Source: Marsupella aquatica
Lineage: Eukaryota > Plantae > Marchantiophyta
DNA length: 64,000 nt
Assembly: GCA_973895155.1 (NCBI GenBank)
Contig: OZ316898.1
Span: 3,534,480-3,598,479, forward strand
Direction: 5' to 3'
A program made the translations under genes and the position numbers. Below the pieces are notes generated by a model. That model was given only the letters and a program-made list of their open reading frames with translations. It was not told the origin of the DNA and ran no database searches. Position 1 is the first letter of the stretch. The number at the start of each line of letters is the position of its first letter. This document shows positions 12,750 through 25,250 of this stretch, piece after piece.

Positions 12750-14876
12750 TTCTTGATAGGATTGCTTTTGTAAATGCACGGTCAAAAAATGCAGTTTGTA
12801 TGAATGCACATCAACCCTCACTCTAAATGACAAAATATTGGCACTAAAAGACATATACATAAGTGCAATTTTTTTATTTAAGTGTATTGACACTGGGGTG
12901 TACACATGCATTTATATCAATTACTGCATTGCATCTGCAAGAAGCATTTATTGATAAGTGCAGTGGAAATGAAAGAACTACATAAAGTAGTTGCAGGCAA
13001 TCTGCGAGCTTGGGGTATGAGGAGTCTCATATTGATCTGTGCGACCTGACAACACAATGGGGAAGACAGTGCATAAGCAATTTCCAATGCACTTGTTAGA
13101 TAGTGCAGACCTTGCACATAATTACGGACAAGTGCACAAATAATATCTGGTGCCTTTATAGCATAGTGCATTCTGTGGATTAGTGCTGGCTGATGGTATC
13201 ATCCAGGGAGCCTGCACTTAGACATGGGTCACTGTAGAATCTTGAACTTCTTGAGCTTGAGATATACCTATTTTCCAGGTGTGTTTCCCAAGTGCTTTCC
13301 CAGGTGTACAGTTATTGGGTAACCTGTTTATTATAACCCTTTTAGTCCCACTGGTAGATGTTGTTCAACTGCATGTTTTCTTTAATTTGGGTGACCTCCA
13401 ATTTTTCTAAGATGTTTAATCTTTCACAGATGCTTTTATTCTAGGTACTCACTTGCCCCTTTTATTTTTGGTGACAAGGGTCAAGTGTTTAATTGTGTGT
13501 CCGAAAGGGCATTGCTGAATGCCAATTTGGGAGGGATTTGTGCAAGAGCTGGGCAACTCTTGAAGCTTGAACTCAAAATTTTACTTGTGTCTTTCCAAGG
13601 AAAATTTTACTTGTGTCAATGAACACTGCTACCACTAGGATCTTGCTTGGATGACTAATATTGAACAAACTCTCCACTCCCGTGAATCCTTGCACCTTTG
13701 TGCAAAAGCTAGTCAGCTCACAAAGCTTCGAATCAAGAACTAGAAATTTCACTTGCTGCAATAAAAACTGTTACCACTGGGATCTTGCTCAAAAGACTAA
13801 ATTGAGCAGATGCTTTACTCATGTGAATCTGTGCACCTTTGTGCTAAAGCTGGTGACTCATGATTGAAGCTTCAACTATATATTTCACTTCCCCCAATGA
13901 ACCATTGAGACCTTGAACAACTAATGACTTTGCACTTGTAATATAATTTGGCCAGCGTTGTGACATAGTCCCTCATGTCTTCACCTTTTGTGCACAATTA
14001 ATGGGAAGTGCATAATAACATGAGCAGCATTGAATGGTTGGACCTGGCCCAATGGGCAGCATTAAATGAATATCAGTCCCAACTCCCAACTCTAGCAAGG
14101 AATATCTTAACCCTTAATGCCAAGGGTAATTGGGATATAGGACAAGAGCCATTGGATGGGCAATAATAAACTAGTATGTGGGTCCAGCTCAATTGTTTTA
14201 TGAAAATCAGATTGCCAAGATGCATTCAACGGAGTGTTGTGTAGTATGGACTGGACTGGGGTCCTTTGAATGCACCTTGACAATGGACTTAGTTGTGAGG
14301 TGGGCCAATGTCCTTTCAATTCAATTCTTGAATCCCCCTTTCTTCTTGGTTGCTAGACAAACTTAGGAGAGTTTACAAATTATTTGACAATCAATAGCAA
14401 GCTCAAAGTTTTGACAACTAAATATAGATTTGCCTTCTTGCCAGTCAAGAATTGTGATTGCTAGTATTTTTTGTGTGATAAACCAAATTTTAGGACATTT
14501 GATTGAGTAAGAACTCAAGAAAATAAAGAATTGCACAGATTTGGATTGGTTTTGGTTTATTAATGTTGATTTACTTGGCTTAGATAAAGTAGGCTTAAAG
14601 TAAAGTCTAAGATTGGTTTACAACACATTTGGAATGTCAATTAATTTTTTAATTCTAAATTTGGAGCTAAGCTTGAGCTCAAACTTATATTAAGTACTAT
14701 AGATTACCCATCCTGTAAAGCATTTTCAACCCATTTCATTGAGTACAACCAAAATGATTTTTTTTTGGAGATTCAGGTTGATTTTGGATTCAAGTTAGTT
14801 GACCCACATTATTGGCCAATATTTAATTACTCTTTACCAGTTCTTGAGTGACAACTAGCATGGATTTGACACAGGC

Positions 14877-14995
14877 TACCATTCTCACATGTGTTTCCAT
14901 TCTCACACAAATGACAATTCTTACAGGAGTGAGGTATACCATTCTCACATGTGTTTCCATTCTCACACAAATGACAATTCTTACAGGAGTGAGGT
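14877..14995. repeat. 60-bp tandem duplication
   Basis: TACCATTCTCACATGTG...GGAGTGAGGT twice. Confidence 0.9.
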
Positions 14996-15350
14996 TGTTG
15001 TGCATCAATCCACGTCCCCCAATTCTCATCATTGATCAATAGACATAAATGGCACTCGTTTTTTAATTTTATTGCCCGAAATATTACTGTCGAAGTTTCC
15101 ATGTAAATTTGGCATCCAATAATGTGTATTATTCATGCAAATGAACGAACACTTTCTTCACACTTGTCACACCAGTGTCTTGAATCATCACAAGGACAAG
15201 TGATAAGGCATGTTGCACAATGTCCACACCAGTGATAAGGCATGTTGCACAATCTCCACGACAAGCAAAATCTGAGAATATAAATTAATTAATGACATGT
15301 AATTTTCTCTCAATTTATAAATTTGCAAGACTCTCTAACGGCAATGAATG

Positions 15351-15545
15351 AATGAAGATATTAATGTGTGAGGGAGAATGGCATCGGTGAATGGAGATAT
15401 TAGAGCGTGAGTGAGAATGGCAGCAATGAATGAAGATATTAGTGTGTGAGTGAGAATGGCATCGGTGAATGGAGATATTAGTGTGTGAGTGAGAATGGCA
15501 TTGGTGAATGGAGATATTAGTGCATGAGTGAGAATGGCATCGTCG
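15351..15545. repeat. 39-bp minisatellite, ~5 copies
   Basis: AATGGAGATATTAGTGTGTGAGTGAGAATGGCATCGGTG units. Confidence 0.9.
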
Positions 15546-18500
15546 GTATGACAGTGTCCACGTCAGCAGGGAACGAAGCTCTAATTCAGTACATTACGTT
15601 AGTTTGTGGGTAATGGACAACAAGACAGCGTCTCTTGCGTTGTTTCTTCTCTGAATCAATTTGCACACGAAAGGTAAACGCCGACCGCCGAAGCCAGATC
15701 CTTAGAATATTAGTGTCAATGTACGTAGACCCCGCAGTCTTTTTCGAAACAACGTAGATGTTCAATCCCTCTGCGGAATCCATATAGTGAGATGATCATC
15801 TGGACCGAATCATCTTTTGTTTTGCTTTAATTGAGCCGGAATCCCATGCCTGCAGGCGACCCAGCCAGCTCGAGTAAGATTTGCTTGACGTTAGATTGAG
15901 AACTTCTAACGCCAATTCTGACAGTGAGGTTTATTATAGCACCCATGCTGTAAGTCTAACTTGTTTACAGTACACGATGCACTGACTTGGTCTGAGGTAA
16001 TGCCACAATCATATATGCTGAGTTTTCAAGAGTTGAGTGAATTGCCGGGTGCCTCTACCGACTCTGCTTAGTTACAGTAGTTGCATGAGGCGCTGCTTCA
16101 ATGGTAATTAAGAGGACCAACGATATAACGTTTTACAATAACCCCAGATTTGATTGCGTTGCTTCTCATTTGAGATGTACAAGTTTCTCAAGCTCTCACT
16201 TGTCAACCATGCATCCATTTTGTGCCACACGCCGATGGTAATCAGTGAGACGTATGGAAAATGGAGTCAACATAATTGACAAATACCTCCTTCGAAGAGC
16301 TCCTAAAATTTATGACTAATCGAATTCAAGAGCATCAGTACAGGAGGCGCTGAGGTGTACTTCATGAACGTTTGTCAACTGACTGGAATTTCGAACGCGG
16401 CTGCTAGAGATTCGCTTCCGATGCCAGGACATATATACAAATCGGTATCATTCAAGTCGGATTGACCGTTTTCAAGAATTGTTCCCACTTGCTGGTGAAT
16501 CCCACGTACCGGGGCCCTCAAATTCAGCGATTATTGCTGTGCTCAATTGCAGAGACAGCTTGGCTTTCTAAAAAATATATTTGTAGCAGTCCGTCCTCTC
16601 TTCCGGGTTTTGGGTTTCTCGGATTGTATGTCAGACCTCCATCCCTTCATCCTTACGGTCTCCACCAGGGCAATGGATTGCAAGAGGTTCCAGTCAGAAT
16701 TCCATATACAGATCTATTGCTTTCAATTTGCTGTTTTTTTGAACAATCTACTCAACTTTCAAAATCACCGAACACCTAAATATTTGTCTTTGCGAGGCCA
16801 ATATTTGGAAGCCCGATTTTCTTCAAGCTTTCGATCACTATAATGAGCTTGATTGAATATATCATGGACTTGTACTCGATGTCCTGCGAGTAACTTGCTT
16901 TGGTACATCTGTAAACCTTCAAACTAAGGAAAGAGAATTTCTAAATTAAGCACAATGTGTTTTCGTACACTATTACTCAGTTGAGATTAATGAGCCAATA
17001 CGTACAAACATGGGAAACTTCAAGTGCGGGTTCAAGTGCAGGAAAGACGATTTTTGAACAGGTCCACATCCATAAAGGTTAATTACAACTTAGAGCATCT
17101 CCACTGGTTCCTGGATTTCTTTACTCTATACATTAAAACCAAGTACCAACTTATGCCTAGGATACTGACTTATGCCTAGGATACTGTTGGCATTAACTGG
17201 GTTAAAGGGCAAGTCCATTGGTTACTGAAAATATTCTCTTCTCCTCCAATCTGCACTCTTGGATAGATCTTGAAGAAGGCAAATCCAGTAAAGGAAAACC
17301 CAACCAATATGCAGAGCTTTCCAGTAACTAGTCTGCTTGACTTTTTTTGGTTAACTTTGACTTTAGTGACTTTGATAAACACGGGATTAGCATAAACAAA
17401 CCGATTGGTCCACAAATATAGCCAGTACAGTAAGAGTGTCCATTTTGAACATTTTTTAATTCTAACGTCGCGTTGAGTGATCACAAGAACAAATAACAAA
17501 TTTGGGATCACTGCCTAAAGCATCAATGTACCAGTTCTCGTTACAATTAAGATAGTTATCTACTAAATAATATGAATCCTACGTACGTAGAGTCATCATC
17601 ACGGTCGATCAGTAACTGTTGAATACAGTACTCAGCTCGAGGAGCATGGAGACTCCTTCTCGAAGCCAGGAAATGGCGTTGGTAATCACATTTCCAATCC
17701 CAGGCTAAAGGACTTGTGCTCTTGAAAAGATCTTCACAGGGAAGGGCCCTAGTATTACCACCTATTCTCGTATTCTGGCAGGCAGCTACAGCAAAGGGTT
17801 TCAACTCGATCAGCGTCACAGGTAGAATGTCACTGCAGTCACGCTGTCTCTCACAATGATTGCATTGAATAATCGGACTATTCCTGCTGAAAGATGGCCT
17901 CCAGCGTCGAGGCCAAATTGAGCTGTCATTATTGTTGCATACCGGGGCGGCCGAATCTTTCTCGACACAGTGGACCCTTTTTTTAACCGCCTTGGACAAT
18001 ATATTAATTTAGAATAACCCAGCATTTCTTGGATACCCAAGGGGGATTACTCAGTCAGAGTCCCCAACAGATGGACACAAAGGCAAGGAGGACACACATG
18101 ACTTTGACGTCTTAAAAGTAAGCATGAACCATTAAGGCGCCAAGTTCGCATCAACTGTTTGCCTTCGAGGATATGACCAGGAGTACAGATGGGCGAGGCT
18201 CTTCAGACTAAATTCTGCTCAAAAGTTATGGACTGTAGTAGATATGTTGACAGTCACTTTGCTTCATGATTCATAGCAAAGTACCATGCGCTTCTAAGTG
18301 AGAAGTATGATTGTATCAGGCTGTTCTGCTGTGTCCACTCCCCCGGATATTACGGCTTGTTATCCGCTTGCTTGCTTTGATGATTAGTAGGGACGTGCCC
18401 TGTACGTATCACATTTCACCGTAGATCTATGTTCTACCTCCTAATGGATTAAAATCCATCTGTATCTCTGGCATGTATTTATGTGGGGGCCCCGCCTCCC

Positions 18501-19869
18501 CTTTCCCACTCATCACAGGAGATCAATAAACTTGTTCTCTTCAAGATAACTCCCGCCTACCGTAGATCTGATCACTGTCGTCGGAGGTTTGTTTTTGGGG
18601 TGAGGAATTCCCGTCGATGCAGAAAGAGAGGACCTTTCCGTCGATATTGATTTTCTTCTCTTGTACCCTCGAAAATGTACATCCAACATTTAGGCAGTTT
18701 TCCTCTTATCGCCTGAGCAGCTAGCTATGGGAGTAAGGCCCAATTACGGCCTGAAAACTATGATCCTGTGCCCTCAGGCCTGTTGTACTCTCGATCTCTC
18801 GGTTAATTTACGTCCACTGTGTATTATTCCGGTTAAAAACAGAAAAGGAAAGATTACACTGGATGATCAGCGATCCCTTATTGGATTCTGCATAATGATT
18901 ATATGTAATTGGTCCGAAAAGGAATGCGGGTCCACAATGACAGCGGTGTTTTGTCGTGTAGATCTGGCTCCGGCGGCCGGCCTTTATGAATTTAGAGAGA
19001 GAAGTATATATGCTATTCATCTTAATATAACAGAGCGAGATTTGCAAGGCAAGAAAATTCACAGAAGCCCTGTCTTGTTGTCCACCACGTACGAACCTTA
19101 CCATGCCACTGCTTTACCGAAAGAGAGGTTGTACTGTACTTTTATTAATTATAGAGAGGTTCTGTTGATGGGAAGTCTGTCACGAGAATCTCAGTAAGGG
19201 CCAACTCGCATGTAATCGGCCGTAAGTGTCAACTTCTAATAAGTAAGGCTTTATGTCACGTCATTGTTACTCATCCACAAATACTGCGTTGCGGCCAAAT
19301 GGTTTTTGTCCGCTCTGAACAGGGTGTTTTTCTGTAGAGGGAAACGACGTGTATCTTTCTGAGCACGAGCTCACGAAGTTTACGATTGACCGTTCCCGCT
19401 GATCGAGTGCAAACAGAATTGTAGAACCCAAAACAAGAAAGCGTTCGACCACTTAGTTAAGCCGTACGATTTACACCTGCATGTTGTTTTAGCATTTCGT
19501 GCAAGTGACTGTACAGCAGCCGGCCTTCAAACCTGTCTTGCGTGCTTGGGCAGTTTGTGGAGGATTCCAACGGCGATATTCTCCTAGGTCCTAATTGCCC
19601 ACGTCCAAACCGGTCCCATGCAACGCAAAGAGATCGTTGGTGACGTTGAAAGAGAAATCAAAACCTTGTCGTCTCGTTGCACGAGGAAGACTGCGAGAGT
19701 GAAGGAGAACCATTGAGTGAAAGCCCAAAACGGACAAGCTCCAAAAACGGCGGAGAATTGCTTGCGGTCGACTTTAATTAGACCAAGACAGTCTTGCCTC
19801 GATGTGCTTCTGAGACATGGTTGGAGAGGGACTCATGGCTGCCCGAGATTCCCAGGTAGCAACCATGGG

Positions 19870-19877
19870 TATATAAA
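19870..19877 (+). promoter_or_regulatory. Putative TATA box of ALT paralog 2
   Basis: TATATAAA ~120 bp upstream of ATG 19994; position conserved in paralog 1. Confidence 0.6.
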
Positions 19878-19993
19878 CCGTTACTCTTTAATCCAACGTC
19901 AGGCATCCTGGAAAGTAGCGCAGAGCAAACTTAATGAACCATCTTGCCAACAAACCAAGGTGACACAAGAAGCTCTATCGAACTGCAGAGACA

Positions 19994-21933
19994 ATGGCTA
20001 CTCTTCAATGTGCGCCTTTCCAGGTGGTTGGCAGAAGTTGGGAAGGAGGCTGGTTCGGAGGAGCAGCAATCTCGCCAAATTGCAATTTACGTGCAACAAC
20101 TGTAGCAGCCAATTTGCACCGGACTAGCTCTGTTGGCTGTGATAAGTCATTCCTCGGTGCTGGGATCAGGAGATCTCTATCCGAACCGTCGTCGTTCGGC
20201 CCCTTTGTCAATTCGCTTCAGCAGCGTGGTAGCGAAGCTTTCCGGTACTCCGAGGGGGAGTGCAAAACTTCTCCTCGTTCTCTGCCGGTGCAGGCGTTCG
20301 GGGTGCAAGTGGCGGAAATGACCGACAAATTGCCCGCGAATGTTGAGTAAGTTGGATGTGCTCTCTTCACTGCGTTTGTGATCGATGCCAAGAGACAAGT
20401 AGTCAACTCAGCAATTACTCAATTTCAGGAGTTTGTGAAATAAAATAAATACAGTAAAGTCTCCACTATCCCATGATTGTTAGTAACATTTTTCGATCAA
20501 AGATCCAGCAGAACATGGCTACGCATGCACTGTCTATCCCTTGGGTAAACAAGTACGTACATCCAATTATAGGCATGCATATAGGCAATTCATTGTTGAA
20601 CATTTCTGTATGTCAATTGCTAACATGTGCGGGTACATCCATGCAGAATGCTTGAAGCATACGAAGTCGAGGAGAAAGTTCGTGATTATGAGCTTGATCA
20701 CTACGGTGTGGTGAACAATGCCATTTACGCCCAGCTGTGCCAGCATGGTGAGCTTCCATTTGCCTTCCAAATATTTCAACTGGACTGTACGTACTTAGGT
20801 GTTTCAGATTCTTCATTTCTCAGTCTCCAGAGCTGATCGAAGTAACCTCTCGCTTCTGAAAATATCATGCGTCCCACATATCCTAGGTTTAATTGCTGTC
20901 TGTCTTGACCAGCTTTAAAAGTCTCCTTGCAGTGACAATCGAACACTATCTAATCGTGATACGGTCCATTGGTCTGCCATCTGCAGCACGAACTGAGCTA
21001 TTGGAGAACATCGGTTTTAGTCCAGATGCCGTCACTGAGACTGGAAGAGCTATGGCGATATCTGACATGTCCATGAAGTTCGTGTCGCCTCTCAGAGTAC
21101 GTCATCGATCCTTCCCTCTGTGGAATGTAAAATAATAGTCCTTGAGATCGATTTTGTACGGTCAGAGTCTATATATATATAAATTACTGGCTTGACTCTT
21201 CGTCATTCACGACCTTGCCTTAAAAGGATCCATCACCGCAGTCTTGAGGGAAAGGACTGGCTTCACCTTATTAATTGGGATGCTACAGTTCTCTCTCCTT
21301 GTTGGAATTAATTTCCTCCGTAAATCTAATGCATCGTGGATTGATACCAGAGTGGTGATAGTTATATTGTGAGTTCACGAGTGTCGGGAACAACTGCAGT
21401 TCGACTGATATTTGAAGACCACATCTACAGGCTTCCTCAAAGAGAGGTAATTCAGAAAATCTCGAAGAACATCAGCAGTTGTTTTCAGTATTTCTTGTGA
21501 TAATTGGAGAGGCGATACTGTTGTAGCAGCATCGTACAACTAATGACCCGCAGTGACCCAGAATTTTCATTTGAATGTATTGTCTACGTACCGATCCTCT
21601 TTTGATTTCTGATACAAGTGGTGAGCTGACTTGCATGTGCAGTTGGTGATGTCTGCCAAATCCACGGTAGTCGTCCTCGATCAGAACTCGAAACCAGGTC
21701 GACTCCCAAACGACATAAAAGTCAAGCTGGTCAATGGCTACTTAACGAATTGCAAGGTGAACAGCAGTAATGGCAACTCAGCGAGTGGTCCTGTCCATGG
21801 CAACTCGAGGACTCGGGAAGTTAATGTCCTTCTCACAGCCAACTCGACGAATGGTCAATTGAATGACAGCTTGGCCAATGACTTCGTCAATCATAGATTA
21901 GCATCCAAAGTTCCTTCTCTCGTCGTTGCCTGA
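19994..21933 (+). CDS. ALT: Acyl-lipid/acyl-ACP thioesterase (ALT/MKS2-like), paralog 2, ~316 aa
   Basis: Exons 19994-20346, 20647-20747, 20987-21096, 21351-21446, 21643-21933. Internal exon sizes (101/110/96) are identical to paralog 1; [23 protein letters not shown] motif. Confidence 0.92.
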
Positions 21934-23030
21934 GCTGGGGGCGTTTGGTCTGTTTAGGTGAGGACTACATATAAAAGGACCACAAATCAAGGTCATGGCT
22001 GTTTCACTCTTAAATACTTCCAATCATGCAGAACATAGCCTCTTCCATTACTTCCATTAATTAGGAAATATTGTTCGCCCCAACTTCTTGTATGGAACAT
22101 ACAGAGGTCGAGTGGTAGGATGTTCCTCAATTGGGACATCACACATAGTGTACATCATATCGTGCTCAAGTACAATGAGACTCCTTTTAGGGAATATCAC
22201 TTGGAGGTCTCAAGAGCAAGTCAGAGGTGACCGCTTCTAAATTTGTCGATGCTTCGGGCGTAGCTGCCTTTGTTGCAAATAATTTCCATTGTGAGTCATA
22301 TATGGGACTTAAAATATAATTCTGCTCCGTTACCTTCAAAGCAAAAACGACTCTCAGTATCGTCGATCCCAAGCTTTGCAATTTTCATCAATTGGTTAGA
22401 TATGCGGATGAAATGTATGCATGTCACAAAGTGTATCAATGTGACATCAATCACGCCTTCAAGGCACAAATGTCCAGTTGGATGGTATCAAGTTAGAAGC
22501 ACATGCCTGGGAGCTTCGAAGATGCTTTTGATAATGCCCAAGAAGATTCTCTGCACAATTCTCAGTCTCAAGAACGAGTTTATATATTTATACCACTGAA
22601 ATGTCGAACAAAGAATTTCTAACAGAGGTAAGTATTGTACTAGCTACAACAATTCTGCCCGAATTTGGAGGGCCCAGCTTCTTACCTGGTCCCGGCTTCA
22701 CCGGTCCAGGCACGTCCTCTTTGTGCCTGGTCCAGGCACGTCCTCTTTGTTCAGGCACCGGTCCTCTTTGTGGTCTTTGTGGGGCCTCCCGTTTTGTATG
22801 CTGACTGAATGAATGGAATTCTTTTGGGATTTTCGAGGAAAAACACAATTCTGCCCGACGTATGAAGCGAGAGGATATAAGCTGGAGAGTAACCTCGAAC
22901 TACACAGCAAGCGGGACGATCGAATGCTGTATAGAGGAACATCGCTACAGTCAAAGGAATCTCAGAAAAAAAGTTTCAGCAATCGTGGCTCCAATATAGA
23001 TATTCAAGGGAGGCAACCAGACTCATTCAG

Positions 23031-23202
23031 AATTTGGCAAATCTCACATCTTGAACAGACAGAAAGCCTCGGATATAGAAGGAGGCCCGGCTTGTCCAAC
23101 TACGATTTAATGAAACGTGGAATTTGGCGAATCTCACATCTTGAACAGACAGAAAGCCTCGGATATAGAAGGAGGCCCGGCTTGTCCAACTACGATTTAA
23201 TG
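23031..23202. repeat. 90-bp tandem duplication abutting the left breakpoint of the segmental duplication
   Basis: AATTTGGC.AATCTCACATCTTGAACAGACAG...CTACGATTTAATG at 23031 and 23121. Confidence 0.9.
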
Positions 23203-24104
23203 GGTTTGACCTTTTAGATAAACTAAATAAATTGTTCCTCGATCCCTCCCCTTTTCCTTTCTAGCCGCTCTGGAATTGGAAATAGGTTGGGTTTTGTATT
23301 TTCCTGGGTCTCTTGGTCACATAATGGGACTGCAACGGACATCATGTGCAATGGTTTAGATTTTTCTAAACCCTTCTGAACTTCAAAAATAAGTAGCTCA
23401 TAATTATATAGAAGCTTACCAGTAATTACGAACCTTTCATTGTAGGGATTAATTTATCATTGTGGACATTCCATTGTTGTGACCATTTTATACTTAAGGC
23501 CATTTTTTCGTGTTCAATGTCATTGCTGCGAAAAGACTTTAGAATTTAGGGCTAATGTAACTTGGAATAAGTATCTCATAAAGAAAAGAATAAAATTTTG
23601 TTCTCTTCTCAATGGACTTTAAATTCTTTTTCACTCTTCTACAAATAATCTCTTTTCAACTCCAAACTCTAATAATGTGGTATTATTCTCCTTCTATCGT
23701 TTTCTAATATGTGAATGGGGCAATAGAACCGTATGTTCAAATGTTCCTAGATATAATGTGGGACCTACTTAGATTTTTCTTTCCCACCCGCCTACCATGA
23801 TAGTCACTTGTCAACTCAGCCCTCAATTTCAAATGCCCTTTCAGATTGGAATCTTGTTGTATATGTCATGTGAGTGGGTTCGCATCGATGTCCCAAGCTA
23901 GTTTTTTTTTTTTTTTAATTCTTCCTGATCCCATGGTTAGGAAAATTGAAGGTTTCAATCCAAGGGAAAAAGAAGGAATTGTATATTATAGAGTTAGATA
24001 GATATTTTGTAAGACCATGGAGAAAGACAGAATTGTGTATTGTAGAGTTAGATAGATATTTAGTAAGACCATATACGGAAAAAGACGGAATCACATCACA
24101 CACA

Positions 24105-25250
24105 CTATAATAAGGGATCCTGCTCCTTTCTAGGCATAGTCTGCTTACAAAAACAGAATTGGCTGGAATTAATCTCAACCTTTCTATGCAAAGGGTGTTT
24201 TTTGGTGACCCTGGATTGGACAAAATCCATACCTTTGGATACTGTCCCGTTTTATTTCATTTATCAGTGTATGTTACCTTTCTCCCAACCTTTCTCCCAC
24301 TTTGTCCTTTGTGTGTGTTTTTGCTTTAATTTGTTTCCTTTAATTCTTTTTCTTTACTTTGTTTTCTCCCACTTCAATTGTCTTTTGTGTCAGTCTTTAG
24401 TTTTTGTTCAGGACTAATTAATCAGTCACCAATCTTGGTATTATTCACTGACCACTCCCATTGATACTCCACGACTCAAGTGCATTTTTTTAGTCTACAT
24501 CTTTATCCTTTTTGTCAGGGGGACAGTTTTTATACAAACAATTGGGCCTCTTCTTTTTTCTTTTAAATGGGAAAAAATTTGAGCTAGAAATTGGATGGAA
24601 TCCCATCCCAACAGAGATCCCAATATATATTTGTGCAGGTGGACCCTCTAAATTTGTACTAAATTTTATTTTTGTCCTTTCCAAGTTAGGCCATGCCATC
24701 TTTAATTTGAACATGGACGTCTTTTATGTCACTACTTCTTTTCCTCAACAACATCTTAAAGTTTTAATTTAGGAAATGACATCTTATATGTAACAGAGGG
24801 GTGTTGAGCATGACCACAATGACTGTATGGCCAAGATGACATATATTATGCCTCAATAATTACATCGCAAAATGTATATTTTCTTGACATGTGTTTCTAG
24901 CATCTCTTGCTCACCTTGGCATCTTTTTTTCATCTTGACATCTTTTCTCTCCTCGACATTTTTTTAATCTCCTTGACATCTTTTTTTGCTCCTACCATCA
25001 TTTTCTCACCTTGTCACATTTTCTCATCTCGACATCTTTTCTTCCCTTGACATCATTTAATCTCCTCGACATTGTTTTCTCTCCTCACCATCATTTTCTC
25101 ACCTTGATATATTTTCTCACATCAACATCTTTTTTTGCCTCGACATATTTTTTTCGCCTCTACATTTTTGTTTCATCTTGACATCTTTTGAGCAACACCT
25201 TCTTCTTGCCTCAATGTCTTCTCTGCAACTCAGCAGAGGCATGGGGCTAA
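24105..25250 (+). mobile_element. Non-autonomous Helitron (copy 4), present only in duplication copy A
   Basis: 5' CTATAATA at 24105; reverse-complement minisatellite (GACATCTTTT) at 24880-25200; degenerate 3' end TGCAACTCAGCAGAGGCATGGGGCTAA; absent at the homologous site near 32490. Confidence 0.55.

Noticed and set aside
12950-13260. Minus-strand YLCTCP stretch suggestive of a SWIM/MULE relic (similar hint near 9780-9900)
   Set aside because: Too degenerate; no transposase motifs or termini.
14823-15102. Cys-rich ORF (CKNCHLCENGNTCENG x2) resembling a metallothionein
   Set aside because: Produced by a 60-bp tandem duplication; no gene structure support.
17091-17110. Harbinger-type TIR TTAGAGCATCTCCA
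   Set aside because: No partner end identified, so the element cannot be delimited.
18727-19197. 156-aa ORF between the ALT genes
   Set aside because: No recognisable motif or supporting exon structure.
22588-23217. Cluster of overlapping ORFs
   Set aside because: No recognisable domain; partly generated by short tandem repeats.
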